Assembly: GCA_019058365.1 (NCBI GenBank)
Contig: JAHPZE010000003.1
Coordinates: 128,001 to 192,000 of the forward strand
Direction of reading: 5' to 3'
DNA from: Promethearchaeota archaeon
Lineage (GTDB): Archaea; Asgardarchaeota; Lokiarchaeia; Sigyniarchaeales; SOKP01
Length of the DNA: 64,000 nucleotides
Shown here: piece after piece, positions 16,673-28,709 of the stretch
How positions within the stretch are numbered: the first letter of the stretch is position 1
Layout: each line of letters opens with the position of its first letter
Position numbers and translations under genes: made by a program
Notes under the pieces: generated by a model
Databases searched by the model: none
Told to the model about the DNA's origin: nothing
What the model saw: the letters and a program-made list of their open reading frames with translations, nothing else

Positions 16673-18496
16673 GTGGTGTTTTTAAAATTGAAGAGTAATA
16701 AAGAGTCAAAATATTCAATTATGATATCCATTACTTTTTTTTCTGGCTTAAGTCTGATATCTCTTTGTGTAAATATTATATTCTATATATATAAAAAGAA
16801 AAAATATTATTTAAGCCGAATTAAAGTGTTGATATTTGGAATTTTAATATGTACTACAATATCTCTTATTGCTAATATACCATTTTTTATCATTAATAGT
16901 GCTGAGCCATTTTTAGAAAAAAAACAAGGATATATTATTCCAACAGTCTTATTCAATTTAGCAAATATACAATATAGCTTTTCGGTTATTCTTTTTTTAC
17001 TAAGTTTTTTACAGGGAGATGAGAACATCATAAATCTTGAAATCCCAACAAAGTTGAGTAATAAAAAAGGGAATATTCCTATTGGAAGAATTTTAAAAGG
17101 AAAAGCTAAAAAAAAAAAGTTTAATTTAGCCTTAAAAGATCTTGAGAAGCATATGTTTATATGTGGAGCAACAGGGACGGGAAAAAGTAACTTTTTACAA
17201 AATTTCTTAATTAATTTTAAAAAAGTGCATGATATTCCTTTCTTTCTTGTTGAATTTAAAGGAGAATATCATTTTCTTCAAAAAAATATACAAGATGTTC
17301 TCATATTATGGCCGGGTCAAAATTTTTCTATAAATATTTTTAATCCAGAAAATGTAAGCCCTATTATTCATGCTGAAAGAATATTTGATATTTTGAAAAG
17401 TGGGAAGTTATTAGATGAGAGTTCTGAGTTTTCTCCACAAATGGAGAAGGTTTTAGTTGAAATTTTAGTAAAAGTCTGTGGAAATAAAGACTATCGAAGT
17501 TGGAAAGGGTTTGAGCACTGGTGCAACGAGTATCTAAAAAATAATAAGAATATCATACCAATGTTGAGCCAAACACTAATAAGTATTAAGAACCGAATCA
17601 GAAGGTTTTCAGTAGGACCATTAAAGGCTTTATTTGAAAAGAAGAATGAAATCAACATATATTATTTATTTAAAAAGAATGTTATCATTGATCTAAGTTC
17701 GATTATCCGTTTAGGTGGTGAGAAAGAGGATGCTCTATTCTTTCTAAATATGATTCTAAAATATTTATGGGATATAAATTTGACAAAAGGTTCATATAAT
17801 TTCAATGGAATCCAGCATATCACTATTATTGAAGATGCCCAATATTTCGCTCCACAAGATTTAATGAAAAAGAGTAAATTAACAACATATTTAGAAGATA
17901 TTGCGTTATTGCAAAGAGGAACGGGAGAGTGCTTAATAACTTTAGCAACACGTCCAGATATAAGTAAAGAAATCTTAGCAAACAATGGTGTTGTAGTAAC
18001 GTTTAAAAATCATATGGAAAAGGACATTATGTGCGAATTGCTAAATATTGACATTGAAGATAAGAATTATCTATCAATTTTAGAGGAGGGTCAATGTATT
18101 ATAAGAGTAAACTCAATTAAAGAATCTTTTTTGTTGAAGATCCCCTTAATAAAGCACAATTCAATATTAATTTCAGATATTAAAAAAAACAATAAAATAA
18201 TCTTATATAAAACTAAAAATAGTTTAAAATCGAATTCTAACTCGAAAATTAATATTCTGGGGGATTACATTCAAGAAATAGTGATTAAAAATAAGAAACC
18301 TCATCCTGATAATTCTGAAAATGTAATTCAAATTTTAGATGAATCTAAAAAAGGTAAGTCTCAAAATTCCTCATCAATTATACAAAATACTGAAAGAAAA
18401 AATATAGTAACACAATATATTTCTAATCTAGATACTTATAGTGAGTTAGAAGCATATATTAATCACCTTTACAAGTTGCATAGAAAAAAGGAATAA
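16673..18496 (+). CDS. HerA/FtsK-superfamily (DUF87-like) ATPase with N-terminal transmembrane helices
   Basis: HMFICGATGTGKS Walker A; EFKGEY; IIEDAQ Walker B; hydrophobic N-terminus. Confidence 0.8.
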   Translation: MVFLKLKSNKESKYSIMISITFFSGLSLISLCVNIIFYIYKKKKYYLSRIKVLIFGILICTTISLIANIPFFIINSAEPFLEKKQGYIIPTVLFNLANIQYSFSVILFLLSFLQGDENIINLEIPTKLSNKKGNIPIGRILKGKAKKKKFNLALKDLEKHMFICGATGTGKSNFLQNFLINFKKVHDIPFFLVEFKGEYHFLQKNIQDVLILWPGQNFSINIFNPENVSPIIHAERIFDILKSGKLLDESSEFSPQMEKVLVEILVKVCGNKDYRSWKGFEHWCNEYLKNNKNIIPMLSQTLISIKNRIRRFSVGPLKALFEKKNEINIYYLFKKNVIIDLSSIIRLGGEKEDALFFLNMILKYLWDINLTKGSYNFNGIQHITIIEDAQYFAPQDLMKKSKLTTYLEDIALLQRGTGECLITLATRPDISKEILANNGVVVTFKNHMEKDIMCELLNIDIEDKNYLSILEEGQCIIRVNSIKESFLLKIPLIKHNSILISDIKKNNKIILYKTKNSLKSNSNSKINILGDYIQEIVIKNKKPHPDNSENVIQILDESKKGKSQNSSSIIQNTERKNIVTQYISNLDTYSELEAYINHLYKLHRKKE

Positions 18497-18524
18497 TTTT
18501 AAGATATCATAATTCAATATACAT

Positions 18525-19742
18525 ATGACCTTAACAATAGGTATTATTGGGAAACCTAGCAGTGGGAAGACAACATTTTTGAATGCCGCTTGTTTAACAC
18601 ATGCGAAGGTTAGTGAAATACCATTTACTACGATAGAGCCTAATAAGGGAGTAGCTTATGTAAAAAACAAATGTGTCTGTAAAGAATTAAATGTCACCGA
18701 TAATCCTCAAAATTCTATATGTATTGATGGAACTCGTTTTATACCAATTAATTTAATTGATGTTGCGGGGTTAGTTCCAGATGCGCATAAGGGAAAGGGT
18801 TTAGGTAATAGATTTTTAAATGACTTGATCAAAGCAGATGTTCTTCTCCATATAGTAGATATCACTGGATCCCTCGATAAATCTGGAAAATTAGTATCTA
18901 TGGGAGAAAACGATCCCTACGATGATATAATATTTCTAGAAGAGGAAATAAATTTATGGTTCAAAGAAATACTTGAAAGAGAAGATTGGACAAAATTCAC
19001 TAAAACCATAACAACAGAGAAGAGAAAAGTTGTGGAGGCATTATATGATAGGCTTTCAGGTGTAAAAATTACTAAACAACAGATAATCCTTTCATTAAAA
19101 GATTCAAATTTAGAAGGTAAAAATCCAACCACATGGTCAGATATTGAGCTTTTAGAGTTTGTAAAAACTTTAAGACGAAAATCTAAACCTATTTTAATAT
19201 TGGCAAATAAAATTGATAAGGAGATTAGCGATAATAATTTAATAGCGTTAAAAAAGAAATATGCGGATCCAATTATCCCTTGTAGTGCGTTAGCAGAGCA
19301 TTTTTTAAGGAAATATCATGAAGAAAACGTGATTAATTATTTACCGGGATCAAATGATTTCAAAATTACTAACGAAAACAAATTGAAGTCAGAAGTACTA
19401 GAGATGCTGAAAAAGATTAAAGAGAAAATTTTAAAAAAATATGGAGGTACAGGAATTCAAAATGCATTAGATTTTGCTTCATTTATCATAGCAAATCAAA
19501 TTTGTGTTTATCCAGTATCAGATATTAATTCATATTCAGATAACAAAAACAATGTTTTACCAGATGCATTTCTAGTAAAAAAAGGGACTTTATTAAGAGA
19601 TTTTGTAAGAGAAAAAATTCACAGTGAGTTAGCTGAAAATTTTATGTTTGGTATTGATGCTAGGACAAAAAAAAGGTTAGGAGAAAATTACGAATTAAAA
19701 GATAAAGATATTATAAGAATTGTAACATCAAAAAATAGGTAA
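18525..19742 (+). CDS. ychF: Obg-family YchF-like NTPase with TGS domain
   Basis: GKPSSGKTT, PFTTIEPN, DVAGLVPDAHKGKGLGNRFL, NKID and a C-terminal TGS domain. Confidence 0.9.
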   Translation: MTLTIGIIGKPSSGKTTFLNAACLTHAKVSEIPFTTIEPNKGVAYVKNKCVCKELNVTDNPQNSICIDGTRFIPINLIDVAGLVPDAHKGKGLGNRFLNDLIKADVLLHIVDITGSLDKSGKLVSMGENDPYDDIIFLEEEINLWFKEILEREDWTKFTKTITTEKRKVVEALYDRLSGVKITKQQIILSLKDSNLEGKNPTTWSDIELLEFVKTLRRKSKPILILANKIDKEISDNNLIALKKKYADPIIPCSALAEHFLRKYHEENVINYLPGSNDFKITNENKLKSEVLEMLKKIKEKILKKYGGTGIQNALDFASFIIANQICVYPVSDINSYSDNKNNVLPDAFLVKKGTLLRDFVREKIHSELAENFMFGIDARTKKRLGENYELKDKDIIRIVTSKNR

Positions 19743-19749
19743 TTTCAAA

Positions 19750-19905
19750 CTAATCTTGTTTTGATGTTAAGAGAATGTAAATTAGAATAATAACTAATAA
19801 AATGATACCAAAAAAAACTAAGATGAAATTATACATTTCAACACTACTAGTTGTAGTTTGAAATATAAAAAGAATAATTAGCAATAATATTCCATAAACC
19901 TTCAT
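19750..19905 (-). CDS. 51-aa small membrane protein (not in ORF track)
   Basis: MKVYGILLLIILFIFQTTTSSVEMYNFILVFFGIILLVIILIYILLTSKQD*; two hydrophobic stretches. Confidence 0.45.
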   Translation of the reverse strand: MKVYGILLLIILFIFQTTTSSVEMYNFILVFFGIILLVIILIYILLTSKQD

Positions 19906-20078
19906 ACTTATAATGAATATTTAATGAATAATTAAAAAATTTCTTATTTTTATTAGAAGTGAAAAGTGAATCCTCAGCTAAAATATAATAACTCTTAATA
20001 ATCCTCAATATTTTAATTTTTTTTTAAGTTCTAATAATTATTTTTTCAGTTTGTCTTATTTCATTTAAAAAAGAAGAA

Positions 20079-20180
20079 TGGACCTGACGGGAATTGAACC
20101 CGTGACCTCTTGAATGCAAGTCAAGCGTTGAAGGTTGGTATTAAATAGAACCTTACAATCTTCCACTGATCTACAGGCCC
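20079..20180 (-). tRNA. tRNA-Ala(TGC), 30-nt intron at 24/25 (20128-20157)
   Basis: GGGCCTG/CAGGTCC acceptor with G3:U70; CTTGA-CTTGCAT-TCAAG arm; BHB helix GAAG/CTTC restores the GATC/GATC D-stem. Confidence 0.93.
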
Positions 20181-20303
20181 AGGTTTTTTACAATTATTAT
20201 TTGTATTAAAAACATTAATAATTAAAATCTTTTACTTTTTTAAAGTCAATACTTTGTATATTTCAAATGAATTTGTTTAATTATAAAATATGAATATAAA
20301 AAT

Positions 20304-21946
<1,643 letters not shown>

Positions 21947-22202
21947 AGTTATATTTATCAAATATATAACTACATTTTTTATACCGCATCTATGATTGAA
22001 CTCTTCATATAACGGAGGTTTACCGTAATCCAAGCTTACACCGGTTAAGATGCGATTTGCTAATATATTATAAAGGTACAATGTATTTTAAATTTTTTTG
22101 TTTTTCTATGAAGGCGTAAGCTTTCTAAATAAATTTTCGTAGTTTAAAAATCTCTATTAAAATTAAAGAATATCATTTCAAAAAGAGAAATTATGGTTTA
22201 AA

Positions 22203-23204
22203 ATGCATCTAAAAGATAAAATTGGAATTCACTTGGATCAAATAAAACAACTCAAAGGGGTAGAAAATGCAGTATTAACTCAGCGAGATGGGAATCCCAT
22301 TCAATCAACTGGAGTATGGTTTTCTAAAGATGAAATTTTTAATGTAAGTTCAGCAACTAGTGCAATATTCAATGTGGGAATCCACTTACATCCAGAGGAT
22401 TTAAAATATATCCTAATAGAAGGGAAGAAAGCAAAAATTTTAATTGCTCCATTGAATAGTCCATTACATACTTCACTAAATAAAATATTAGAAACACAGG
22501 GTATTTTAGATAGTGATCACGAATTTTTTATCGCAATAACAGCACAACCAAACATAAATTTGGGTGGTATCTTCTTACAAACCAGTGAATGTTTAAAAAA
22601 AATTAAAACAACCCTAATAACATCAGGAGAATCTTTTAAACCACCATTAATTCAGTTTAATAATCAGAAGATCCAGAGTATTATCGAAGGATTCAATCTT
22701 AAAGATACTGAAGATTTAGATTTAATATTATCTTCTTTTTCCTTAAGCTTTTCAGAAGCTATATCCTTAGAATTAAGAAAAGTCTTGAAGAATATTTCTG
22801 TAACTATTCCAGATCTAAATTATGCTTTTATAACAATCGAGGGAGGATTTATCGCTTCTAAAATCTTGAAGAAAATTGATATAGATACTGAAAAGCTAGA
22901 TAAGATCTCAGCAATGAGTTATTCACTATTCCAAACAGCTAATAGATGTGCTTGGTTATTAAAAAAAATGCAAGCAGAAAGAATTCTACTTGACTGTCAA
23001 AATTCATTTCAATTCATTGATGGATTAGGTAAAGCAATTTTTAGCACTGAAATAGGAAAACAGAGACAAAAATTAGGTTTGATACGACTAATACTCCCTC
23101 AATTTTCTAAGAAAATCGATAGTCTTGTTAAAAAAGCCTCAGAAATTAAAGATCATAGAACATTTGATATTAAGAGAATGCTGGGGGAATTAATAATAAA
23201 GTGA
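22203..23204 (+). CDS. Double roadblock/LC7 (MglB-like) domain protein
   Basis: KGVENAVLTQRDGNPIQST and DLNYAFITIEGGFIAS...ISAMSYSLFQTA roadblock repeats. Confidence 0.85.
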   Translation: MHLKDKIGIHLDQIKQLKGVENAVLTQRDGNPIQSTGVWFSKDEIFNVSSATSAIFNVGIHLHPEDLKYILIEGKKAKILIAPLNSPLHTSLNKILETQGILDSDHEFFIAITAQPNINLGGIFLQTSECLKKIKTTLITSGESFKPPLIQFNNQKIQSIIEGFNLKDTEDLDLILSSFSLSFSEAISLELRKVLKNISVTIPDLNYAFITIEGGFIASKILKKIDIDTEKLDKISAMSYSLFQTANRCAWLLKKMQAERILLDCQNSFQFIDGLGKAIFSTEIGKQRQKLGLIRLILPQFSKKIDSLVKKASEIKDHRTFDIKRMLGELIIK

Positions 23205-23216
23205 TATGGTGAGTTA

Positions 23217-24113
23217 ATGAATTTTTTTACCTTTTTAGATAAATTAAAACGGAATTATAATTCTATAATTTTATATTGTTTATTAGATAGAATTCCGATA
23301 ATAGTTTTAGGGGAAGACTCAGATAAGATTGATAACTTTTTGATTGAACTTTCGGAACTTGTCGATTTTCGAAAAGACTATGTATTTTATACCGATTTTA
23401 TCTCAATAAATGATTATGAAAATCTTATATCAAATGAAAATATTGATTATAATTCTCAACGTGCCCATATCAGGTGCCCTTGTAGTGTTTCAATTAAAGC
23501 TTTAAATCAATTTGATAATATAGATTCATGGCTTATTGGATTAATAATTCCTGAAAAAAAAGATGAAGTAGTTTTTATCAAAAATTTAATTAAAGAAAAA
23601 GCAAAAGATTTACTGTTTATTACAATTTCATCTGATACCATTTCAATAAAGCTTGAAGGAATTAATTTAAAATTAATAGATTTAGCACTTGAACAAAATA
23701 CATTTAAAAAAATATCTCAAGATACTGAAAAATCCATAGCAAAAATGAAGAGAGTGCTATCAGATAAAATAACAACAAATCAACTTGATAAAGATTTATT
23801 AAAAACGTTATTAGACTTTGAAGAAGAAAAAAATGAGTTAAAAAAAAATATATTCAAAAGAGAAGTCCAAAATTTTTATTCGGGTTCAAAGAGAGCTTTT
23901 TTTATCTTATCTAGATTAAATCTGCTTAATGATATAGGAATTCAAACTCGGATTGGCAGTAAAACTCTTTTAGAAACAATAGATTATGAAGAAGCACCAA
24001 TCGAAAGAATCCTTTCCTTTATTGATAAAGAATGGGGAGAAAATTTTTCGCCCTTAATCGAGGATGGTAAAAAGGCTTTTATGGGTGATAAAATAGTTTC
24101 ACTTTGGGGTTAG
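23217..24113 (+). CDS. Hypothetical protein in the roadblock-GTPase operon, possibly DENN/folliculin-C-like
   Basis: Lies between the roadblock and MglA genes; ILYCLLDRIPIIVLG is reminiscent of a DENN core strand (weak). Confidence 0.5.
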   Translation: MNFFTFLDKLKRNYNSIILYCLLDRIPIIVLGEDSDKIDNFLIELSELVDFRKDYVFYTDFISINDYENLISNENIDYNSQRAHIRCPCSVSIKALNQFDNIDSWLIGLIIPEKKDEVVFIKNLIKEKAKDLLFITISSDTISIKLEGINLKLIDLALEQNTFKKISQDTEKSIAKMKRVLSDKITTNQLDKDLLKTLLDFEEEKNELKKNIFKREVQNFYSGSKRAFFILSRLNLLNDIGIQTRIGSKTLLETIDYEEAPIERILSFIDKEWGENFSPLIEDGKKAFMGDKIVSLWG

Positions 24114-24715
24114 ATAATATTATGATTTTTAATTATGATAATAAAACTTTACAAGTTAAAATAGTGTATTATGGCCCTGCAATGTCAGGTAAAACAACTT
24201 CAATAAAATCTCTTTTCTCTTTTTTTAATAAGGAACATACTGTCAAATCAATTGATAGTTCGGTAGGACGTACCTTATTTTTCGATTTTGGGGTATTGCA
24301 TTTTGAAGGCGCTGAATGGGGGCTAAAATTTTTAATTTATTCTGCAACAGGTCAAGATTTTTATGCAAGTACTAGGCCTGCTACTTTAAATGGTGTAGAT
24401 GGATTAATTTTTGTAGTTGATCCTCAAATTGAATGTTTAGAATATAATAGAAGGTCTTGGAATGAACTAAAAACGTTGTTTGGATCTAATTTTTATAATA
24501 TTCCCATCGTAATTTCATTGAATAAATGTGATATTTTTGAGAAAAAAAATTTAGAGATAGATGATTTTTTATCTTACATAGATTATCATAGGTTTAGACA
24601 TATTTCTTTGAAAAAAACAATAGCAATAAATGGAAAGGGAGTATTAGATTCCTTTAATGAATTAATTAGATTTATCTTTCCACAATTGAACATCAATCTT
24701 AGTATTAATAACTAA
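24104..24715 (+). CDS. MglA-like small GTPase
   Basis: KIVYYGPAMSGKTT, GRTLFFDF, ATGQDFYASTR, NKCD. Confidence 0.88.
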   Translation: MGLDNIMIFNYDNKTLQVKIVYYGPAMSGKTTSIKSLFSFFNKEHTVKSIDSSVGRTLFFDFGVLHFEGAEWGLKFLIYSATGQDFYASTRPATLNGVDGLIFVVDPQIECLEYNRRSWNELKTLFGSNFYNIPIVISLNKCDIFEKKNLEIDDFLSYIDYHRFRHISLKKTIAINGKGVLDSFNELIRFIFPQLNINLSINN

Positions 24716-24912
24716 TTCTTATTTTTATTCTCGCTTTCAGTCTTTAAGTACATATTTTTAGATAATCTTCTTATATAACCTTGTAGATAGAATTGTTTTA
24801 ATAAATTTCTCACTTTACGTACTTCTACAGCGTCAATTCCTAAAAGACTCATTATTTGAAAAATTGAAAATTGTTTTGGTAAATTTTCCTTAATATTATT
24901 ATATAATCCCGT
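24712..24912 (-). CDS. 66-aa small winged-helix-like protein, possible ACG start (not in ORF track)
   Basis: (M)GLYNNIKENLPKQFSIFQIMSLLGIDAVEVRKVRNLLKQFYLQGYIRRLSKNMYLK...; GTGAT SD 5 nt before ACG; in-frame TGA two codons upstream. Confidence 0.6.
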   Translation of the reverse strand, partial: TGLYNNIKENLPKQFSIFQIMSLLGIDAVEVRKVRNLLKQFYLQGYIRRLSKNMYLKTESENKNKN

Positions 24913-25210
24913 TTTTAATCACATCAATTTTTTAAATCTACAAGAATTAAATGAAGAAAGCTTTTTATACTTTATTTAAATTACAGATAACAATTTAAAT
25001 GGCGTTTAGGTTTTTATAATCCTCAAAGTAACTATAATTTATCATTCCTACTTATCGTAGATCATTTTTGTTTAGTTCTTTTCATTGAATTTTTACAACC
25101 TTAATTAATTCCCAATAATCTTTTAGATCATTATTAATTTTTTTTTTAGATTAAGAAAAATAGGAAATTAATATATTTTTCCTGTGTTAATTCTAATAAG
25201 TTTTAAAAGT

Positions 25211-25897
25211 TCAAATATCACGGAATTCTTTAAAATTGTCTCCGATTGGAGCCTCTCCATCACCATATATCTGGTATAACCCTGTTCTTCTAGCACATTC
25301 AATAAAACTACGATATACATTTTTTCTTTGCTCATACAAAGCACAAGAATTATAAATTATAGGATTCCAAATATATAATTTATGATCAGGCTCATACCAT
25401 AATTTTTCATCTTTTAAAACCTGTTTAAAATCTTCTTCGCCAATTACCTCTGTGAGATCTTGTTTATTGAGCATAACTATAAGAGGAATTTCTTTAATTA
25501 ATTTCCCTCTTGTAACATTTTTCAGTTCTTTTAACGATTCTATATTATCTTCAAAAAAGTGGGTTTGTGAGTCAACGGTGAAGATGACTCCATCGGTCCC
25601 CTTAAATATTTTTTTTCTTAAAGGTGAGAATCTTCTCTGGCCAGCAACAGTATATACATGATAAAAAACTTTTCCTCGACTCTTTTGCTTTGTTGATTGA
25701 AAAATACCTCTATCAAAATATAATGTTGATCCACTTGCCATTGAGATTTTTGTTAAATTTCCAGTAGGTTCAATATCTATTTCATTTTCTTTAGTATATC
25801 TATAAAGTGTATCTACGATTGTTGTTTTTCCTGATCCTGCCATCCCCCAATATAAAAGTTTTATATATACTTTATGATCTGCTGTAAATCTAACCAT
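25211..25897 (-). CDS. MglA-like small GTPase
   Basis: KLLYWGMAGSGKTT, GSTLYFD, TVAGQRRF, DGVIFTVDS, NKQD. Confidence 0.88.
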   Translation of the reverse strand: MVRFTADHKVYIKLLYWGMAGSGKTTIVDTLYRYTKENEIDIEPTGNLTKISMASGSTLYFDRGIFQSTKQKSRGKVFYHVYTVAGQRRFSPLRKKIFKGTDGVIFTVDSQTHFFEDNIESLKELKNVTRGKLIKEIPLIVMLNKQDLTEVIGEEDFKQVLKDEKLWYEPDHKLYIWNPIIYNSCALYEQRKNVYRSFIECARRTGLYQIYGDGEAPIGDNFKEFRDI

Positions 25898-26122
25898 TGA
25901 AAATCATACCTTAATTAATAAATTTTAATGTAAAATATTGCTCCTTCCAACATATTTCATAAAAAGAGCATCTTGTTGATGAAATATTCTAGTAATTTTT
26001 ATTTAAATATATTAATACGTATTATTATAATTTAGTATTTATAATTGCTTTGTGATATTTTAAATTTTTTTTTAACAAGATATTTAAATGTAGAACTCAA
26101 CTTTACTAAAAAACGTGAGAAT

Positions 26123-26362
26123 TCATTCAAACTCTACAAATATTTTTCCTAGTCTAATTTTATAATTGCACCATAAAATTAATAGGTTATAATTTTTTCC
26201 TATATAACCTTCTCTAATAATTAGATTTATAATATCTGAGTACATAATCTCTCTTTTCCCTTTAATAATTTGCTTAAGCTTATTTATAATATTTTCCAAT
26301 ATTTCACAATTATTAATTGAAATTTTCTTGATTTTTCCTAGGTTATTAACGTTCTGATGCAT
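26123..26362 (-). CDS. Small hypothetical protein
   Basis: 79-aa ORF with no recognisable motif. Confidence 0.55.
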   Translation of the reverse strand: MHQNVNNLGKIKKISINNCEILENIINKLKQIIKGKREIMYSDIINLIIREGYIGKNYNLLILWCNYKIRLGKIFVEFE

Positions 26363-26596
26363 TTTAATTCAAATCATTTTATTAACTAATTTTATCATCA
26401 CTAGTTCAGGTTTTTGATTAACAATATTCTAAATATAACATTTTAAATTCATACTTTTTTACTTTCAATCTTCTCTCTCTTTCCCTATAGAATTTTATTT
26501 CATTTCATAGGAACATCAATATCATTAACGATACCGTTGTTCTACAAAATAAAATTAATATTGACATTAAATCTTAAACTTAAAATATAAATTAAC

Positions 26597-27631
26597 GTGA
26601 TCAAGATTAGCTATATTAAAAATTGTAGTGAAGATACTGAAAATTGCCCGGAATGTGGAGGCAATATAATTATAAATAGTTATGAAAAAATCTGTCAAGA
26701 ATGTGGATTAGTAATTAATAAATTCTTTAGAGAAACGGCTTTTATTTCTAATGATTTAAAAAGCAAAAGTAATTTAAACAAACAATATGTAGCATTAGGA
26801 GAACGAACTGATTTCATAGGCGGATTAGGTTCGTTTATTGATTATGAAAAATCTAAATATTTAAAAGATAAAAGTGGAAAACTTCTACCTCCTAGTGAAC
26901 AGAAATTATTTCGAAGATTAAAAAAAAACTATGCTCAATTTCTAAGAATCAAAAATCATGAAACTGAATATAGAGTTTTTAATATTTTAAACAAAATTTC
27001 GCTATATCTCAACCTAAGCAGAAATATCCGAAATAATGCTGCTTATTATTATAAAAAAATTATTAAAACTGAAGAAAAAGTAATTAATAACATCTCACTT
27101 ATAGCATTTTGTATTTTTTTTGCAGCACGAAAAGAATACCATAATGCTCCAATAACGATTAATGAAATCTCTAAAGCATTTCAAAATTTTGGTCATCGTG
27201 TAAATCCAAGGTTAATTTTAAGAGATGGTATAAGATATAAGCATCTTTTGAATAATGAATCATCACCTCATAAAAGTGAAGATTATCTCATTAGACTTAT
27301 AGATGAAGTTATAAAACATAAAGACTTAAAATCGAGATTAGTAAAAAAAGGAATTTTTTGGTCTGTTGCTGAATTTCAAAATAAATTACTAGCGAAGTGT
27401 CGTGAGATTTTAAAAGAATTACCATTGTGGAATAGAGGTGGGAGAAATCCCTTTATTTTGACAGGAGCAGTTATATATCTCGCAGATAAATTATTGGGTA
27501 AAGAATATAATCAAAAAGCAATTTTAACTCAAAAAATCATATCTCAAGCCACACACATTGCTGAGTATTCTATTAGAGATCATTATGTAAACCTTTTAAA
27601 GCCATTCTTTATAATTAATCATCCAATTTGA
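26597..27631 (+). CDS. Divergent TFIIB/TFB-family protein
   Basis: CPECGG...CQECGLV Zn ribbon; two cyclin-like repeats ending in TQKIISQATHIAEYSIRDHY. Confidence 0.8.
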   Translation: MIKISYIKNCSEDTENCPECGGNIIINSYEKICQECGLVINKFFRETAFISNDLKSKSNLNKQYVALGERTDFIGGLGSFIDYEKSKYLKDKSGKLLPPSEQKLFRRLKKNYAQFLRIKNHETEYRVFNILNKISLYLNLSRNIRNNAAYYYKKIIKTEEKVINNISLIAFCIFFAARKEYHNAPITINEISKAFQNFGHRVNPRLILRDGIRYKHLLNNESSPHKSEDYLIRLIDEVIKHKDLKSRLVKKGIFWSVAEFQNKLLAKCREILKELPLWNRGGRNPFILTGAVIYLADKLLGKEYNQKAILTQKIISQATHIAEYSIRDHYVNLLKPFFIINHPI

Positions 27632-27795
27632 AATTTATAATTAAAATTGTATAATTTTTAAATAATCCTATATTAGTGTATATTTAATAATTCACTAATG
27701 TGGATTAGGTCGAATTTAGGTCATATTAAATTTTTTAAATTATCTAAATTTATTTATTATAACATTTTTGAATTCATAAAAGATACAAAATTTCT

Positions 27796-27907
27796 GCTTC
27801 TGTAGTGTAGTCCGGTCAATCTAACTTAGTTATCAATATACTATGATTAGGATTAAGCATACGAGGCTCTCACCCTCGGAACCCGGGTTCGAATCCCGGC
27901 AGAAGCA
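27796..27907 (+). tRNA. tRNA-Glu(CTC), 37-nt intron at 21/22 (27820-27856)
   Basis: GCTTCTG/CAGAAGC acceptor; CGAGG-CTCTCAC-CCTCG arm; GGTTCGAATC; BHB helix GGTC/GATT. Confidence 0.93.
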
Positions 27908-27987
27908 TTAATCTATACATATTTTTCTTTTTCTTAACTTAAAGGATAAGTTATCTAAATTTTGAATTAGAGGAATAACTTATTTGC

Positions 27988-28386
27988 CTAAATTTTATCT
28001 CTCTTAATAGATATTTTATTAAGAAGATCGAGAAAATTTAATAACATCTTAGTGTATGTTTCTATCAACTGTAAATGAGTCTCATTTTTTAATTTATTAG
28101 TTACTATTTCTAATTTTTCAAATAGTACATCTTGTAATAAAGACAATACCTCAATCTGTCTGTTTTGATTATTAGTTCCTGGCACTTTATTATTGTATAT
28201 CTCAGTTCTTTTATTGGTATGATTTTGATTGTTTGTAATTAAAACTTTTCTATTACATGTTGGACAGAAAATAGTTCCGTTTTTATTTCGAAAGATTGGG
28301 TTATTACAAATAGGACAAGCCATGTTTAGCATAGTACTTCCAGATCTAAGAAGATCTGCCATTTTTTTTATATTTTCATTAACCAT
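27988..28386 (-). CDS. UPF0148 / Sjogren autoantigen p27-like Zn-finger protein
   Basis: MADLLRSGSTMLNMACPICNNPIF...FCPTC. Confidence 0.85.
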   Translation of the reverse strand: MVNENIKKMADLLRSGSTMLNMACPICNNPIFRNKNGTIFCPTCNRKVLITNNQNHTNKRTEIYNNKVPGTNNQNRQIEVLSLLQDVLFEKLEIVTNKLKNETHLQLIETYTKMLLNFLDLLNKISIKRDKI

Positions 28387-28452
28387 TATCTATAAAATCT
28401 TTAAAATTAGTTAAATTTTAATAATAAAAGGTACAAATTTGAGTTGGAAAAT

Positions 28453-28647
28453 TTATTCTTTTTCCCTTATTTTTAATAAATTTACAATATATCCTGAGAT
28501 TCTATTTCTTAAATGTTTTGAATCAACTTCAAGATATTTATCCAATAATTTTTTATTTTTTTCAAAATCGGTGGTAAACACATTTGGGTATTTGTTTATT
28601 AATTCTTTTGAAACATTTTTTATTAAAATTGATCGTACTTTTCCCAT
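28453..28647 (-). CDS. rps17e: 30S ribosomal protein S17e
   Basis: MGKVRS...FTTDFEKNK...SKHLRNRISGY. Confidence 0.96.
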   Translation of the reverse strand: MGKVRSILIKNVSKELINKYPNVFTTDFEKNKKLLDKYLEVDSKHLRNRISGYIVNLLKIREKE

Positions 28648-28709
28648 TTCGATTACATTTATTTATCATTTCTTATTTTGAAATTAAATATTTAGTAAAA
28701 TAAATTTTT

